From an uncultured Planctomycetia bacterium (lineage in GTDB: Bacteria; Omnitrophota; Gorgyraeia; CAYVEO01): a DNA stretch of 64,000 bases. A program made the position numbers and the translations under genes. Under the pieces are notes generated by a model. The model searched no databases, was not told the origin of the DNA, and saw only the letters and a program-made list of their open reading frames with translations. The DNA lies in the NCBI GenBank assembly GCA_964449965.1, contig CAYVEO010000003.1:1052-65051 (forward strand), given 5' to 3'. Shown here piece after piece: positions 39,012 to 48,840 of this stretch (positions are counted from its first letter, which is position 1; each line of letters opens with the position of its first letter).

Positions 39012-40934
39012 CTAATACGCCTCCTGCCAGTTAGTAGTTGTAATCAGATAATTTGCACTTCCACCCAAACCTGTAAATCCTGGTATGGAACTAATACTGC
39101 TTGCCAATGCAGGAACCTGGTATATCTTTGGTACTTGACTGCCTAAACTGAAATAATTGGATACGAAAGACCCTGCGATTTCGTTCTGCTTGGCGCTCTC
39201 AATCTCACCCTCAGCATAGAAAGCCCCTATCATCTTGAGCTGGGAATCTCCTCCACCAGTGGCTAATTCTATATCTCCATCTGCTATAAGTCCAAGGGCA
39301 TCTGTAGATGGGAATATCCCTTGTGATAAAAGGTCACCATGGACCTCAAATTCCTCACTAAATAGAGAGCCTCTTCCTGTATATTGAATCGTCATATTCT
39401 TTTCTCCGAGTTTCAATTCACCTCCACTGCCAGCATCACTCCCATCTGTTATCCGGACAACACCACTGATAGTCAGTATCCTGCTTGCACTATTCCATGC
39501 GATGCTGCCATAAGCACCTACGTAACTGAAATTACCTGTGCTTGAGTCAATCTTTCCTGAGATAAGATCTTCATTTAAGGAATAAGAATTATCTGCCAGC
39601 CATGCCCTATATGTTGAATAACCTCCATACGGGTCATTCAAACTCGGAAAACTGACCATATCATCCAGGTCATATGGGTTTGTAATCCCATTATCTGAAT
39701 TGACATTTGAAGGACCCTGGGTCCCTCCAAATCCATCATAATATGTGCCAGGTGTGTTATCTCCATCATATGGACCAACATCTACATATACCCCATCCAT
39801 AGTCTCCTTGACACTATTACCTGACACGTTAGTCTGTCCCACTGTAGCACTACCTGATAAGTCTGTCCTACCATTCTTTACCCTGAACTCAGCACTTAAA
39901 CTCCCAACCGTCTCACCGTTAAATGTTACTGTAGGAAGTGGAGGAATTCTGCTTGATAAATCCGCTGGCATACCTTCATAATTATTCCCTATACTGGCAG
40001 TTCCGCTCAAGTCAATGGCTGTATCAGTAGAAGCCAGACCAGAGCCAAGGATATGGACAGAACCATGTAGATAGACATTCCCGCTTATAGCTGAACCACT
40101 CGCCCCTGTCCCTGCAAAGACTGCGTTATTCCATGGAGAGATATTTTTTATCCTTACATAAGCCTGAACCTTCCTTGTAACATTATTATAAGTCCCCTGG
40201 GACCTCACCCATATCTCATCTGTTTCATTTAGGACGTTCTTAAGAGAAGCACTGTAACTGCCGCCGCCAAGATAATTAGAATATAGTGTATAAAAATTAT
40301 TCTCATCCGGGCCAACAACGTAAGCATTAATACTTCCATCACTCCAGCTTGGCGAACCTCCGCCGTTTACAAAATCCTGTTTTAAATCATATAATGCCCG
40401 CTGGAACCCGCCCTCAGCTATATATAGCGCCTTCAGAGAATCCCCTTGACGCACAGTTGCCCTGATTTCGTTATTGCTCAATTTTATAAAACCGGTAGCA
40501 ATAACAACCAGGAGCAGCATAAACGCCATTACCAGGACAAAGACCAACCCTTTTTCATCCCTTTTCATTTTAATAGATACCTTGCTAAAAATTATATATA
40601 ATCCCGCACAGAATAATAATAAGAGAAAATAGAAATCTGGCTTTACATAGAATTTTTTTACGCCTTTTTCAGTCCCTATCAAACCCTTGTCTATCTTCTC
40701 CGTTCCCGGAGACTTCACAATATCTTCTGACCCGCCTTGGTTCAAATCCTTAGCAGATTCTACTCTTTCGGACTCCTTCTGTTTCACCATTTCATTGTAT
40801 TCTTCAAGTGCCTTGTCACGTTCCTGCTGGACAATATATTTCATATCCTCTGGGTCAACATCATCCGGCATCATGGCATAAGAGAATCCATTAAACAGGA
40901 TTACCATGAGTAAAGAAACCTTAAGGACATTCAT
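39012..40934 (-). CDS. PilX-like large minor pilin with an extra N-terminal secreted/TM domain
   Basis: Internal MKRDEKG|LVFVLVM..A.YIAEGG PilX N-terminal motif; Gly/Ser-rich beta C-terminal domain. Confidence 0.75.
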   Translation of the reverse strand: MNVLKVSLLMVILFNGFSYAMMPDDVDPEDMKYIVQQERDKALEEYNEMVKQKESERVESAKDLNQGGSEDIVKSPGTEKIDKGLIGTEKGVKKFYVKPDFYFLLLLFCAGLYIIFSKVSIKMKRDEKGLVFVLVMAFMLLLVVIATGFIKLSNNEIRATVRQGDSLKALYIAEGGFQRALYDLKQDFVNGGGSPSWSDGSINAYVVGPDENNFYTLYSNYLGGGSYSASLKNVLNETDEIWVRSQGTYNNVTRKVQAYVRIKNISPWNNAVFAGTGASGSAISGNVYLHGSVHILGSGLASTDTAIDLSGTASIGNNYEGMPADLSSRIPPLPTVTFNGETVGSLSAEFRVKNGRTDLSGSATVGQTNVSGNSVKETMDGVYVDVGPYDGDNTPGTYYDGFGGTQGPSNVNSDNGITNPYDLDDMVSFPSLNDPYGGYSTYRAWLADNSYSLNEDLISGKIDSSTGNFSYVGAYGSIAWNSASRILTISGVVRITDGSDAGSGGELKLGEKNMTIQYTGRGSLFSEEFEVHGDLLSQGIFPSTDALGLIADGDIELATGGGDSQLKMIGAFYAEGEIESAKQNEIAGSFVSNYFSLGSQVPKIYQVPALASSISSIPGFTGLGGSANYLITTTNWQEAY

Positions 40935-42656
40935 CTAATTTTGACTCCATGTTATAACACGGGGAGGTTCAAGTCCTCTCGGAAGGTGAAAATCATCCCC
41001 TCTTGAACGTACCCTTATATCATAATTCATCTTTATACTTCCACTATAGACCATCGCCTCATCCCTAGAAACCATACCCCCGTTTACAGAAAATGCCCCT
41101 AACTTTCCAGTGATAACATGGTTTGTATAAATAACAGCATTTACATTCTGAACATTTACTGATGCCCCTATAGAAGTTATGGTACTATCTGCAAGGGATG
41201 ATTCATAATATTTCCTTGAGGCGCCTCCAACTTTTGTTCCACCATCACTTACCGTATAGTTGCCATTGAACAGGTAGCCATTTCCTGAATAATTGTCAGA
41301 ATCATAACCCAATGGCGCATCTGTGGCGTCTGTTGTATAGGCTTGAGTAAAAGGCGGCCTGAGGTAGGTTAAACAGTTAGATTGCCAGCCTGTATTCGTA
41401 TAATTCCCAATCACGACATTTCCCTTTGCTGCGAGTCCGAGAAAATCCCTTGAATTATTAGTGGTATCTGTCTGTGCGGGATTTGTATCCGGCTTGGGCC
41501 ATGCAGGTCCATTGGCATACGTAAGGTTATCCAGTACGTGGATATTTCTACCTGCATATATTGTCCCCTGACCCTGCACCGTTCCCTTTATCAAGAGGTC
41601 TCCATTTACCACAACAGGACCACTTAGGACAATCGGATTAGAAACTGTACCGGTAAGAACTATACTGCCATCATCTGGTGTCCCGGTAACATTGTCAGGA
41701 CCAGTTCCTGAATAGACATTATTAACAAGAGTAACGCCACCCTGGGTTATTTGCCCATTTTCAGCAATTGCTATATTTCTATAATCTTGCAGGTCTCCAA
41801 GATAAGGCATATCAAGTACCTGCTGATATTGGTAACGGGTGCTTGTTCCATTATAACCGGGTTCATAGGCATAGGTATCAAGTTGGCCGCTCATATTCGT
41901 ATCTTCTCCTGAGTCAAGCAGCCCGTTAGAATTTGAATCCTCACTCGTTGCGGTAGGATTTGTCGGTCTTGCCTGGGCAGGTGCATTGCTTCTATACCAG
42001 GAGATGGTATTATTTCTACTGCTTCCTGTTATTGTCCCTGCAGCGCCGAGTGCTGTATTTATGGCCGCATATATATCACCATTTACAGTTGGGTTCCCGC
42101 TAAATGCAAAGTTACCATTAGACCTGGTATTTCCATGTGCAGTTATGCCTGCCCCATAGAACCATCCAAAATTATTGATAAAATAGGCATAGTCAAATAC
42201 GCCTGACGCCCTAAGTTCATACCTGACAGTACCACGGACTTTTCTTATTTCATTTCCGACGGTAGCAGTGGAAAGCATCTCTACGTCACGTTGTCCTGTC
42301 CCAGGGGTTGTAACGGACGTTACAGTTACAGTATATCTTCCTCCACCGAGTATTTCATTCGTTGGGAGTCCACCAGTATAATTACTCGGATTATCAAACC
42401 ATGTAAAGGACGAGGTTGCCCAGCCGCTTGCTATAAATACATCTCTAAACGAATTATACAGAACCTGCTTTGCCTTATCAATCCCGCCCTCAGCGATATA
42501 AAACGCCTTCATGGAATCCCCCTGGTGCATAGTCGCCCTGATTTCGTTATTACTCAATTTTATAAAACTGGCGGCAGAGACAACCAATATGACCACAAAT
42601 GCCATTACTATGATTAAGACAAACCCTTTTCTGTTCATTTTCGTAACATAGGACAT
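40935..42656 (-). CDS. PilX-like large minor pilin / putative adhesin
   Basis: MNRKG|FVLIIV without E5; KAFYIAEGG; DxNxNG Ca-binding-like loops. Confidence 0.8.
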   Translation of the reverse strand: MSYVTKMNRKGFVLIIVMAFVVILVVSAASFIKLSNNEIRATMHQGDSMKAFYIAEGGIDKAKQVLYNSFRDVFIASGWATSSFTWFDNPSNYTGGLPTNEILGGGRYTVTVTSVTTPGTGQRDVEMLSTATVGNEIRKVRGTVRYELRASGVFDYAYFINNFGWFYGAGITAHGNTRSNGNFAFSGNPTVNGDIYAAINTALGAAGTITGSSRNNTISWYRSNAPAQARPTNPTATSEDSNSNGLLDSGEDTNMSGQLDTYAYEPGYNGTSTRYQYQQVLDMPYLGDLQDYRNIAIAENGQITQGGVTLVNNVYSGTGPDNVTGTPDDGSIVLTGTVSNPIVLSGPVVVNGDLLIKGTVQGQGTIYAGRNIHVLDNLTYANGPAWPKPDTNPAQTDTTNNSRDFLGLAAKGNVVIGNYTNTGWQSNCLTYLRPPFTQAYTTDATDAPLGYDSDNYSGNGYLFNGNYTVSDGGTKVGGASRKYYESSLADSTITSIGASVNVQNVNAVIYTNHVITGKLGAFSVNGGMVSRDEAMVYSGSIKMNYDIRVRSRGDDFHLPRGLEPPRVITWSQN

Positions 42657-42665
42657 TCCTCCTGC

Positions 42666-43184
42666 TTAATTCCTCACCTTGACAGCCGTGTACAAAGTAA
42701 CTGACATCGCCTTACTCTTCACCATCTGCTGTAATGCCAATTTTATGCCTAACCTATCTTCACTTCCGTATTGGGTAGTACCATTGCCTCTTATAAATTC
42801 TAACCCGCTTACATTCTTGACTATGCGGGATTCACCACCAGATGTTGACGTATTAGGGTCATACCAGAGTTCTCCATTACTCAGATAAAAACTCCTGTTG
42901 ACATTATCCACGCCGGTAAATACCACGGTATTGTCTATATTAGGCGGTGTAGAATTTGGCGTATTAACAGATTTTGCGTCCATTATGCCATAAACCCCGC
43001 TAATTCCCCTGAGCATCTTTCCCATTGCTATACTGGCATCACGCTCAATACCTATCTGTGCATTACCCTCTGTCCATGATACCTGTGACATGTTATATAT
43101 GGTTAAGACAGCACCCATCACAAGGAGCATGATAACCATGCCCATCATAATCTCCGGAATAGTAAAACCTTCAGCTTTTTTCAT
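42666..43184 (-). CDS. Minor pilin (PilW-like)
   Basis: KKAEG|FTIPE prepilin motif. Confidence 0.8.
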   Translation of the reverse strand: MKKAEGFTIPEIMMGMVIMLLVMGAVLTIYNMSQVSWTEGNAQIGIERDASIAMGKMLRGISGVYGIMDAKSVNTPNSTPPNIDNTVVFTGVDNVNRSFYLSNGELWYDPNTSTSGGESRIVKNVSGLEFIRGNGTTQYGSEDRLGIKLALQQMVKSKAMSVTLYTAVKVRN

Positions 43185-43582
43185 TGGCTTACTACCGTAA
43201 CTACGTTCTCACTTACCTGATTACTCCCGCCCCATTTGTGCTCTGTCCATGTAATGGTAACTGTTACCTCTTTATATCCACTTGCTACAACTTCGTTTAC
43301 ATTAACACTCCTCTGTCCTATAAGGTCATCAGTAGTTGAGACGGTCCCAGCATTGTCAATAGTAACAGGCGTAGATGACTCACTTGCAATAGAGGAGTAA
43401 GTCGTATCCCTTATAATTTCCACCTTCTCCTGAATGAGATTGAACGCCTCTATCCTGTGTTTTGCCTTCGCAACGCTGACCCTGCCCATAACAAATGCCG
43501 TCAACATCCCGCCTATAGAAAGTGACAGGATTAACGCCGAAATCATAATCTCAATAAATGTTACGCCTTTTTTATTAAGCAT
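43181..43582 (-). CDS. Minor pilin (PilV-like)
   Basis: NKKG|VTFIE motif; C-terminal VTVTITW. Confidence 0.8.
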   Translation of the reverse strand: MLNKKGVTFIEIMISALILSLSIGGMLTAFVMGRVSVAKAKHRIEAFNLIQEKVEIIRDTTYSSIASESSTPVTIDNAGTVSTTDDLIGQRSVNVNEVVASGYKEVTVTITWTEHKWGGSNQVSENVVTVVSQ

Positions 43583-43591
43583 ATCTCATAC

Positions 43592-43921
43592 TCACTCAAT
43601 CGTATGCCCCTGTGAGTTCAAGGTACAAGTCGGGTATGTCCCTATTGTCCCGTAGGTGTATGTCCCTGCACCTGGACAGGCAGGAACAATAGAACCTAAA
43701 TAGCCGTTTATCTGTGCCTCTGTGACAGATGCCCCATTCTGAAGGCTATAATCCATAGCATATTGCTCCTTGGCAGCATTAATCTGGCTCAAGTTTGCTA
43801 TGCAGCCATTCTTACGCGCCTTTGCCCCGGCATTTATAAAACTCGGTATTGCAATACTCGCTATTACGGCTATTATTCCAACCACTATCATGATTTCTAC
43901 AAGGGTAAAACCTTTTTTCAT
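43592..43921 (-). CDS. Type IV pilin, second copy
   Basis: KKG|FTLVEIM; C..NL.QI..A.EQY; CPGAGTY. Confidence 0.9.
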   Translation of the reverse strand: MKKGFTLVEIMIVVGIIAVIASIAIPSFINAGAKARKNGCIANLSQINAAKEQYAMDYSLQNGASVTEAQINGYLGSIVPACPGAGTYTYGTIGTYPTCTLNSQGHTIE

Positions 43922-43927
43922 ATTTAA

Positions 43928-43956
43928 AGTATACCATAATTAGAAAATTTTTGCAA
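43928..43956 (-). promoter_or_regulatory. sigma70 promoter, probably leaderless, for the minor pilin operon
   Basis: TTGCAA-17-TATACT with TG extension; 6 nt to ATG 43921. Confidence 0.6.
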
Positions 43957-43960
43957 ATTT

Positions 43961-43999
43961 AAAAAAAATAGGGACACCCGTTTTATACGAATGTCCCTT
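43961..43999 (-). terminator. Rho-independent terminator after the major pilin
   Basis: AGGGACATTCGT-ataaa-ACGGGTGTCCCT followed by a T tract. Confidence 0.8.
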
Positions 44000-44022
44000 T
44001 ATGCTCTTGCAGTAGACCTTTT

Positions 44023-44385
44023 TTATTGTAATGCGTGACTCACGCCACCGCTTGAAGTGGTAGAGCCACTGGTAACACAAGTTGGGGGACTAACAGTCGG
44101 AGTATAGGTACCCCCTGCAGGACAAGATGGTGTCCTTGCAAGCCAGTTCGGAACAAGTCTAACCATGGTCGCATTAGTAACGTCATTGTTGTTACTGTCC
44201 AATAAGTACTGCTGTGCCGCACCCTCAATCTGCTTCAGATTGGCTATGCATGTCCTTGCCTGTGCCTTGCCTCTATTCTGGACAAAGTTCGGGATAGCAA
44301 TGGCTGCTAATAACCCGATTATTGCTACTACAATCATTATCTCAACCAATGTAAAGCCCTTCTTGCTCTTCCTTAACTTCATCAT
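44023..44385 (-). CDS. pilA: Major type IV pilin
   Basis: KKG|FTLVEIMIVVAIIGLLAAIAIP; own sigma54 promoter and terminator; strong RBS. Confidence 0.85.
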   Translation of the reverse strand: MMKLRKSKKGFTLVEIMIVVAIIGLLAAIAIPNFVQNRGKAQARTCIANLKQIEGAAQQYLLDSNNNDVTNATMVRLVPNWLARTPSCPAGGTYTPTVSPPTCVTSGSTTSSGGVSHALQ

Positions 44386-44408
44386 ATACCTTCCCTCCTT
44401 TCTTTTTA

Positions 44409-44452
44409 GGTCGTCGGATAAATCTCCGCCTAGGCGGACGGGCGACCGCTAC
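44409..44452 (-). repeat. GTAG REP-like element with nested TCCGCC-TA-GGCGGA in the pilA 5' UTR
   Basis: Minus strand GTAGCGGTCGCCCG-TCCGCCTAGGCGGA-GATTTATCCGACGACC. Confidence 0.75.
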
Positions 44453-44471
44453 ATTTTACATTTTATATAGT

Positions 44472-44488
44472 AGCAATTTTCATGCCAA
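44472..44488 (-). promoter_or_regulatory. sigma54 (-24/-12) promoter of pilA
   Basis: TTGGCATGAAAATTGCT with exact GG-N10-GC spacing; adjacent to PilR. Confidence 0.85.
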
Positions 44489-44586
44489 AGCAACAAAATA
44501 GATATACTAAGTTTATAACTTATTTATAAATAAAGACTAAAGATTATTAGGATAGGTTTTGGGCAGGATGGCTTAGACAAGCAAAA

Positions 44587-44633
44587 GTGACAAATTTTGT
44601 AACTTTGTCATTTATAGTTACAAATTTTGGTAG
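44587..44633. promoter_or_regulatory. Putative PilR upstream activating sequences
   Basis: GTGACAAATTTTGTAAC and GTTACAAATTTTGGTAG about 100-145 bp upstream of the sigma54 site. Confidence 0.4.
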
Positions 44634-45997
44634 TTTAACTTATATTTCTCAATCAGGTATCTCAACGACCGAACCTTTATATTCAATATCTTAGCAGCCT
44701 TTGTATGAGAGCCCTCACATTCTTTTAGGGCACTGATAATAAGTTCTCGCTCTGTATTTTGAGTAACCTTGAGAAAATCAACCCCTTTACCTGATATGGG
44801 AATAATAAAGTTTTCCCTTACTCCATGTTTTAATATCATTTCATCAATATCATCAATCTTAATCTCTTCCTCATCTTTCAACGCTACAATGCGTTCTATA
44901 GTATTCTCTAACTCTCTAACATTGCCTGGCCACGAATAGTTCATAAATAGTTCCATTGTCTCACTTGATACACGTTTCATTGGTTTTTTCAAAAGGCCGG
45001 TATGTTTTTTCAAAAAATGATTTATCAACAAAGGTATATCTTCTTTTCTATCACGGAGCGGCGGCAGCACAATAGGGACTACGTTCAACCTATAAAAGAG
45101 GTCTTCACGAAATTTGCCCGTTTTAACAGCCTCTGACAAATCCCTGTTAGTAGCTGCTATTAGCCGTATATCAACCTTAGTAGTAGAGGTAGCACCGAGA
45201 GGTCTGAGTTCCTTCTCTTCTAATGTCCTTAATAGTTTCACCTGGATACCAGGGCTCACTTCTCCAACTTCGTCTAAGAATAATGAGCCTTTATCAGCCA
45301 CCTCAAACAATCCTTTCTTTGATTCCCTGGCGTCTGTAAATGCCCCTTTGACATGTCCAAATAGTTCACTCTCTAAAAGAGTCTCAGGCAGTCCGCCGCA
45401 ATCTATAGGTACAAAAGGCCCTTGACTTCTGCTACTCTTCCTGTGAATAGCCCTTGCCACTAATTCCTTGCCGGTTCCGCTTTCCCCTTGAATCAAGATA
45501 GTGCTTTCAGTAGGAGCGATGCGATTTATCAATTCAAAGAGTTTCTGCATAGGCGGGCTATTTCCGATTATTTCATCAAAACCTGTCTTTCTCTCAAGTT
45601 CCTGACGCAGGAATCTATTCTCTTCTACTATAGCCCTCTCCTTCAGTGCCTTTTCCACTCTGCGCTTGATTATATCCACCTTGAACGGCTTTTCAATATA
45701 ATCATAAGCACCCTCTTTAATACAGTCTATAGCATTCTCTATAGAGGAATATGCGGTCATCATGATAACTGTGACGTCTCCTGACTCCTCTCTTATTTTC
45801 CTTAGAAGTTCTATCCCGCCCATAGGCGACATCTTTATATCGGCAATGACCAGATCAACAGGTTCTCCTTTAATAATCTCTATTGCCTTTGCACCGTCTC
45901 TGGCACAAAAGACCTCATAACCTTCCTTTGAAAATAGAATTTCAAGGAATTCAAGCATGCTCTCTTCATCATCTACTATCAGTAGTCTTCTTGTCAC
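44618..45997 (-). CDS. pilR: NtrC-family sigma54 response regulator
   Basis: REC domain, GESGTGKE, GAFTDA, FREDLFYRLNV, WPGNVREL, HTH. Confidence 0.88.
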   Translation of the reverse strand: MTRRLLIVDDEESMLEFLEILFSKEGYEVFCARDGAKAIEIIKGEPVDLVIADIKMSPMGGIELLRKIREESGDVTVIMMTAYSSIENAIDCIKEGAYDYIEKPFKVDIIKRRVEKALKERAIVEENRFLRQELERKTGFDEIIGNSPPMQKLFELINRIAPTESTILIQGESGTGKELVARAIHRKSSRSQGPFVPIDCGGLPETLLESELFGHVKGAFTDARESKKGLFEVADKGSLFLDEVGEVSPGIQVKLLRTLEEKELRPLGATSTTKVDIRLIAATNRDLSEAVKTGKFREDLFYRLNVVPIVLPPLRDRKEDIPLLINHFLKKHTGLLKKPMKRVSSETMELFMNYSWPGNVRELENTIERIVALKDEEEIKIDDIDEMILKHGVRENFIIPISGKGVDFLKVTQNTERELIISALKECEGSHTKAAKILNIKVRSLRYLIEKYKLNYQNL

Positions 45998-47610
45998 TTT
46001 TTATACCTCGGAAGACGAACTATAAATTTGCTTCCCCTGCCAAATTCACTCTCTACGTCTATTGACCCATTATGGTTCTGGACAATGCGGTTTGCAATGG
46101 CAAGCCCTATCCCTATGCCTTTATATTTTGTAGTCCTGAAAGGCTCAAAGATTCTCTTCAAATCCTCATTTCTAATCCCGCATCCTGTGTCACTGAAACT
46201 CACACCCACAAATTCACCTTGATGAGGCAAATTCTCTAAATATGTAGTAACGGTTAGATTACCTCCGTCAGGCATAGCATCACATGCATTGATAAGTATA
46301 TTGAGAAAAACCTGCTTTATCTCCTCGGCATCTACGTAAGAGGTAAGTTCGTCGTCCACCCAAGGCGGATGTGTCCCATCTTTATAGGAATAAATTATAT
46401 TTACTTTCTGGTTAAATTGTTTATCATTTTTAATCAGCATTATACATTCGTTCAGGATTTCATTCAGATTATGGACGCCTAACTTAACCGGTCTTGACCT
46501 GGCGAAATCCAGGAACCCTGATACTATTCCGTTAAGTCTATCAGTCTCTTTCAGGATAATATCCATTAATTTTGAATGTTCTGTCTCCTTATTTAAACAA
46601 TCATTCCTGAGCATCTCTACCGAACCGCTTATTGATGCCAGTGGATTACGAATCTCATGGGCAAGCCCTGTAGCCATCTCGCCCACGGCTGAGAACCGCT
46701 CCTGCCTCCTTATTCGCTCTTCCATATCCTTTATAACAGTCAGGTCTCTGAAGACAAATACCTTGCCACGTCCATTCCCATCCTCATCCTTTAATTCTGA
46801 GACATTATATCCTATCGGTATCACCTTACCGTTTTCCTTATTGAATTTTATTTCCTTATGCGCAAATTGATGGGAAATGTCAACTGCTCCTTCGCCGAAA
46901 AGGCTGCTTATATTGGATTCCCAGACATCCTTTATCTCGCACCCTAAAATCATCTCTGCTGCCTGGTTCATGTATATGATGGCATCATTCTTATTAGTAG
47001 CGATAAGTCCGCTGCCCATATTTTTGAGTATGCACTCATTCAGCCTCCTTAAGGATACCACCTCGGCACTGCGTTCCTTGAGTCCCCTGAGCAGGTAACT
47101 GTGCAAAAAACTCACCAATCCGAATATGGTAATCCTGATATACAATAGATATACTACAAGAAAGCCGTTATTGTAGATATCAATATCACCACCTGAGGAT
47201 AGCCGCGGGATAATACGAAAGAACTCAAGAGCCACCATCATAGAATATAACAGGCTTGCTGTGACAGTCGTTACAGTACTTGCCCTTGAAGAGAGTATAG
47301 TACCGGAATATGCTATGGGCAGTATATAAAACATTACGAGGCTGCTCTCTATACCTCCGGAGTAATGGACCATAAACGTAATGAGTATAACATCTATGAG
47401 TATCTGAAGATAGGCCAGAAAGTTGAGAAGCCTTGCAACCCGCAGCATTAATAGGTAGATTATTGTAAGGAAACAGATGAGGCTTATAAATATATAGAAT
47501 GTGACTGCACTAATCTGCAGGACCAGTGCACCTGATACTAAGGTGAGGGTGGTGATAATAAGCCTTAAATACGTCAGCCACTTTATTCTACGGTATCTTA
47601 TATCAGGCAT
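45994..47610 (-). CDS. pilS: Sensor histidine kinase
   Basis: About 6 TM helices, PAS, AHEIRNPL, NILINA, DTGCG, GIGLA. Confidence 0.85.
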   Translation of the reverse strand: MPDIRYRRIKWLTYLRLIITTLTLVSGALVLQISAVTFYIFISLICFLTIIYLLMLRVARLLNFLAYLQILIDVILITFMVHYSGGIESSLVMFYILPIAYSGTILSSRASTVTTVTASLLYSMMVALEFFRIIPRLSSGGDIDIYNNGFLVVYLLYIRITIFGLVSFLHSYLLRGLKERSAEVVSLRRLNECILKNMGSGLIATNKNDAIIYMNQAAEMILGCEIKDVWESNISSLFGEGAVDISHQFAHKEIKFNKENGKVIPIGYNVSELKDEDGNGRGKVFVFRDLTVIKDMEERIRRQERFSAVGEMATGLAHEIRNPLASISGSVEMLRNDCLNKETEHSKLMDIILKETDRLNGIVSGFLDFARSRPVKLGVHNLNEILNECIMLIKNDKQFNQKVNIIYSYKDGTHPPWVDDELTSYVDAEEIKQVFLNILINACDAMPDGGNLTVTTYLENLPHQGEFVGVSFSDTGCGIRNEDLKRIFEPFRTTKYKGIGIGLAIANRIVQNHNGSIDVESEFGRGSKFIVRLPRYKK

Positions 47611-47619
47611 AAGTTGACA

Positions 47620-48834
47620 TTACATATTTACAATATCTGACATCTTGAATATTGGCATAAACATGGCGATTACAATAGAGCCTATAACGATGCCGAGAAA
47701 AGCGATAATCAAAGGCTCTATCATAGAAGTAAGTCCTGCTACGGCACTATCCACCTGTTCATCATAGAAATCTGATATCTTTTCCAGCATCTTTTCCAGT
47801 TCCCCTGTCTGCTCACCTACGGATATCATCCTCACCACCATCGGCGGGAATACGCCGCTTTTGGCAAGCGGGGTCGCTATATTTTCGCCTTCACGAATAC
47901 TTGCACGGACGTCAGTTACTGCATTCTCTACCACCTTATTCCCGGCAGTCTTTCCTACTATCTCTAATGCCGCCAATATGGATACGCCGCTTTTTATCAA
48001 TGTTGAAAGCGTCCTCGTAAATTTGCTAACTGCAACCTTTTTGAACAATATCCCGAAAACAGGCAGGTCAAGCATCAACTGGTCATATTTCAATCTGCCT
48101 TTCTCTGTCCTGACATATCTTGAAATAAGAAATCCCAGAACCACTGCCACACCCAATAATAGCAGGAAGTAACTTCTCAATGCATCGCTTATTGTAATAA
48201 GGACAAGCGTAGGGGCAGGCAATTTAGCTCCAAATCCTGCAAAGATTTCTTTAAAAGTGGGTATAACCTTAAGCAATAATATTAATGTAATCAGAAACGC
48301 CATACATATTACCACTGCAGGATAGACAAGGGCAGAGCTAATCTTTCGCTGGAGTGCACTTGATTTTTCTAAATAACCGGCAAGCCTGTCCATGATATCA
48401 TCCAGCATACCGCTGGATTCACCTGCCTTGACCATATTTATAAACAACTGTGAAAAGACCTTTGGGTGCCGGCCAATAGCCTCTGAAAGCGTACTCCCTG
48501 TCTCTACGTCATTCCTCACCCTGGATACAATATTTCTGAACTCCTTATGCTCTATCTGTTCACTTAATATGTCTAACCCCTGCACCAGAGGTATCCCTGC
48601 GTCTATCATCGTGGCAAGCTGCCTGGCAAATACAACCAGGTCATCTACCTTTATTTTCTTCTTAACGGCAAATGAAATACCCTTCTTTTTTTTCTCTACA
48701 CTCTCTTCAATTGAGATAATGGTGAGTCCTTTTTTACGAATCGCATCTACCACGAAAGCCTGCCCCTGGGCCTCTAAAGTAGCCTGGACAGTCTTTCCGG
48801 TTATGTCCTTTGCCTTATATGTATATACTGGCAT
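47620..48834 (-). CDS. pilC: Type IV pilus platform protein
   Basis: FARQLATMIDAG, AGESSG, ALVYP, VGEQTGEL, IEPL. Confidence 0.93.
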   Translation of the reverse strand: MPVYTYKAKDITGKTVQATLEAQGQAFVVDAIRKKGLTIISIEESVEKKKKGISFAVKKKIKVDDLVVFARQLATMIDAGIPLVQGLDILSEQIEHKEFRNIVSRVRNDVETGSTLSEAIGRHPKVFSQLFINMVKAGESSGMLDDIMDRLAGYLEKSSALQRKISSALVYPAVVICMAFLITLILLLKVIPTFKEIFAGFGAKLPAPTLVLITISDALRSYFLLLLGVAVVLGFLISRYVRTEKGRLKYDQLMLDLPVFGILFKKVAVSKFTRTLSTLIKSGVSILAALEIVGKTAGNKVVENAVTDVRASIREGENIATPLAKSGVFPPMVVRMISVGEQTGELEKMLEKISDFYDEQVDSAVAGLTSMIEPLIIAFLGIVIGSIVIAMFMPIFKMSDIVNM

Positions 48835-48840
48835 ATTCTG

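Noticed and set aside
40410-42572. Duplicated segment as a DGR template/variable repeat pair
   Set aside because: Differences are not adenine-specific, both copies are in coding N-terminal regions, and no reverse transcriptase is present.
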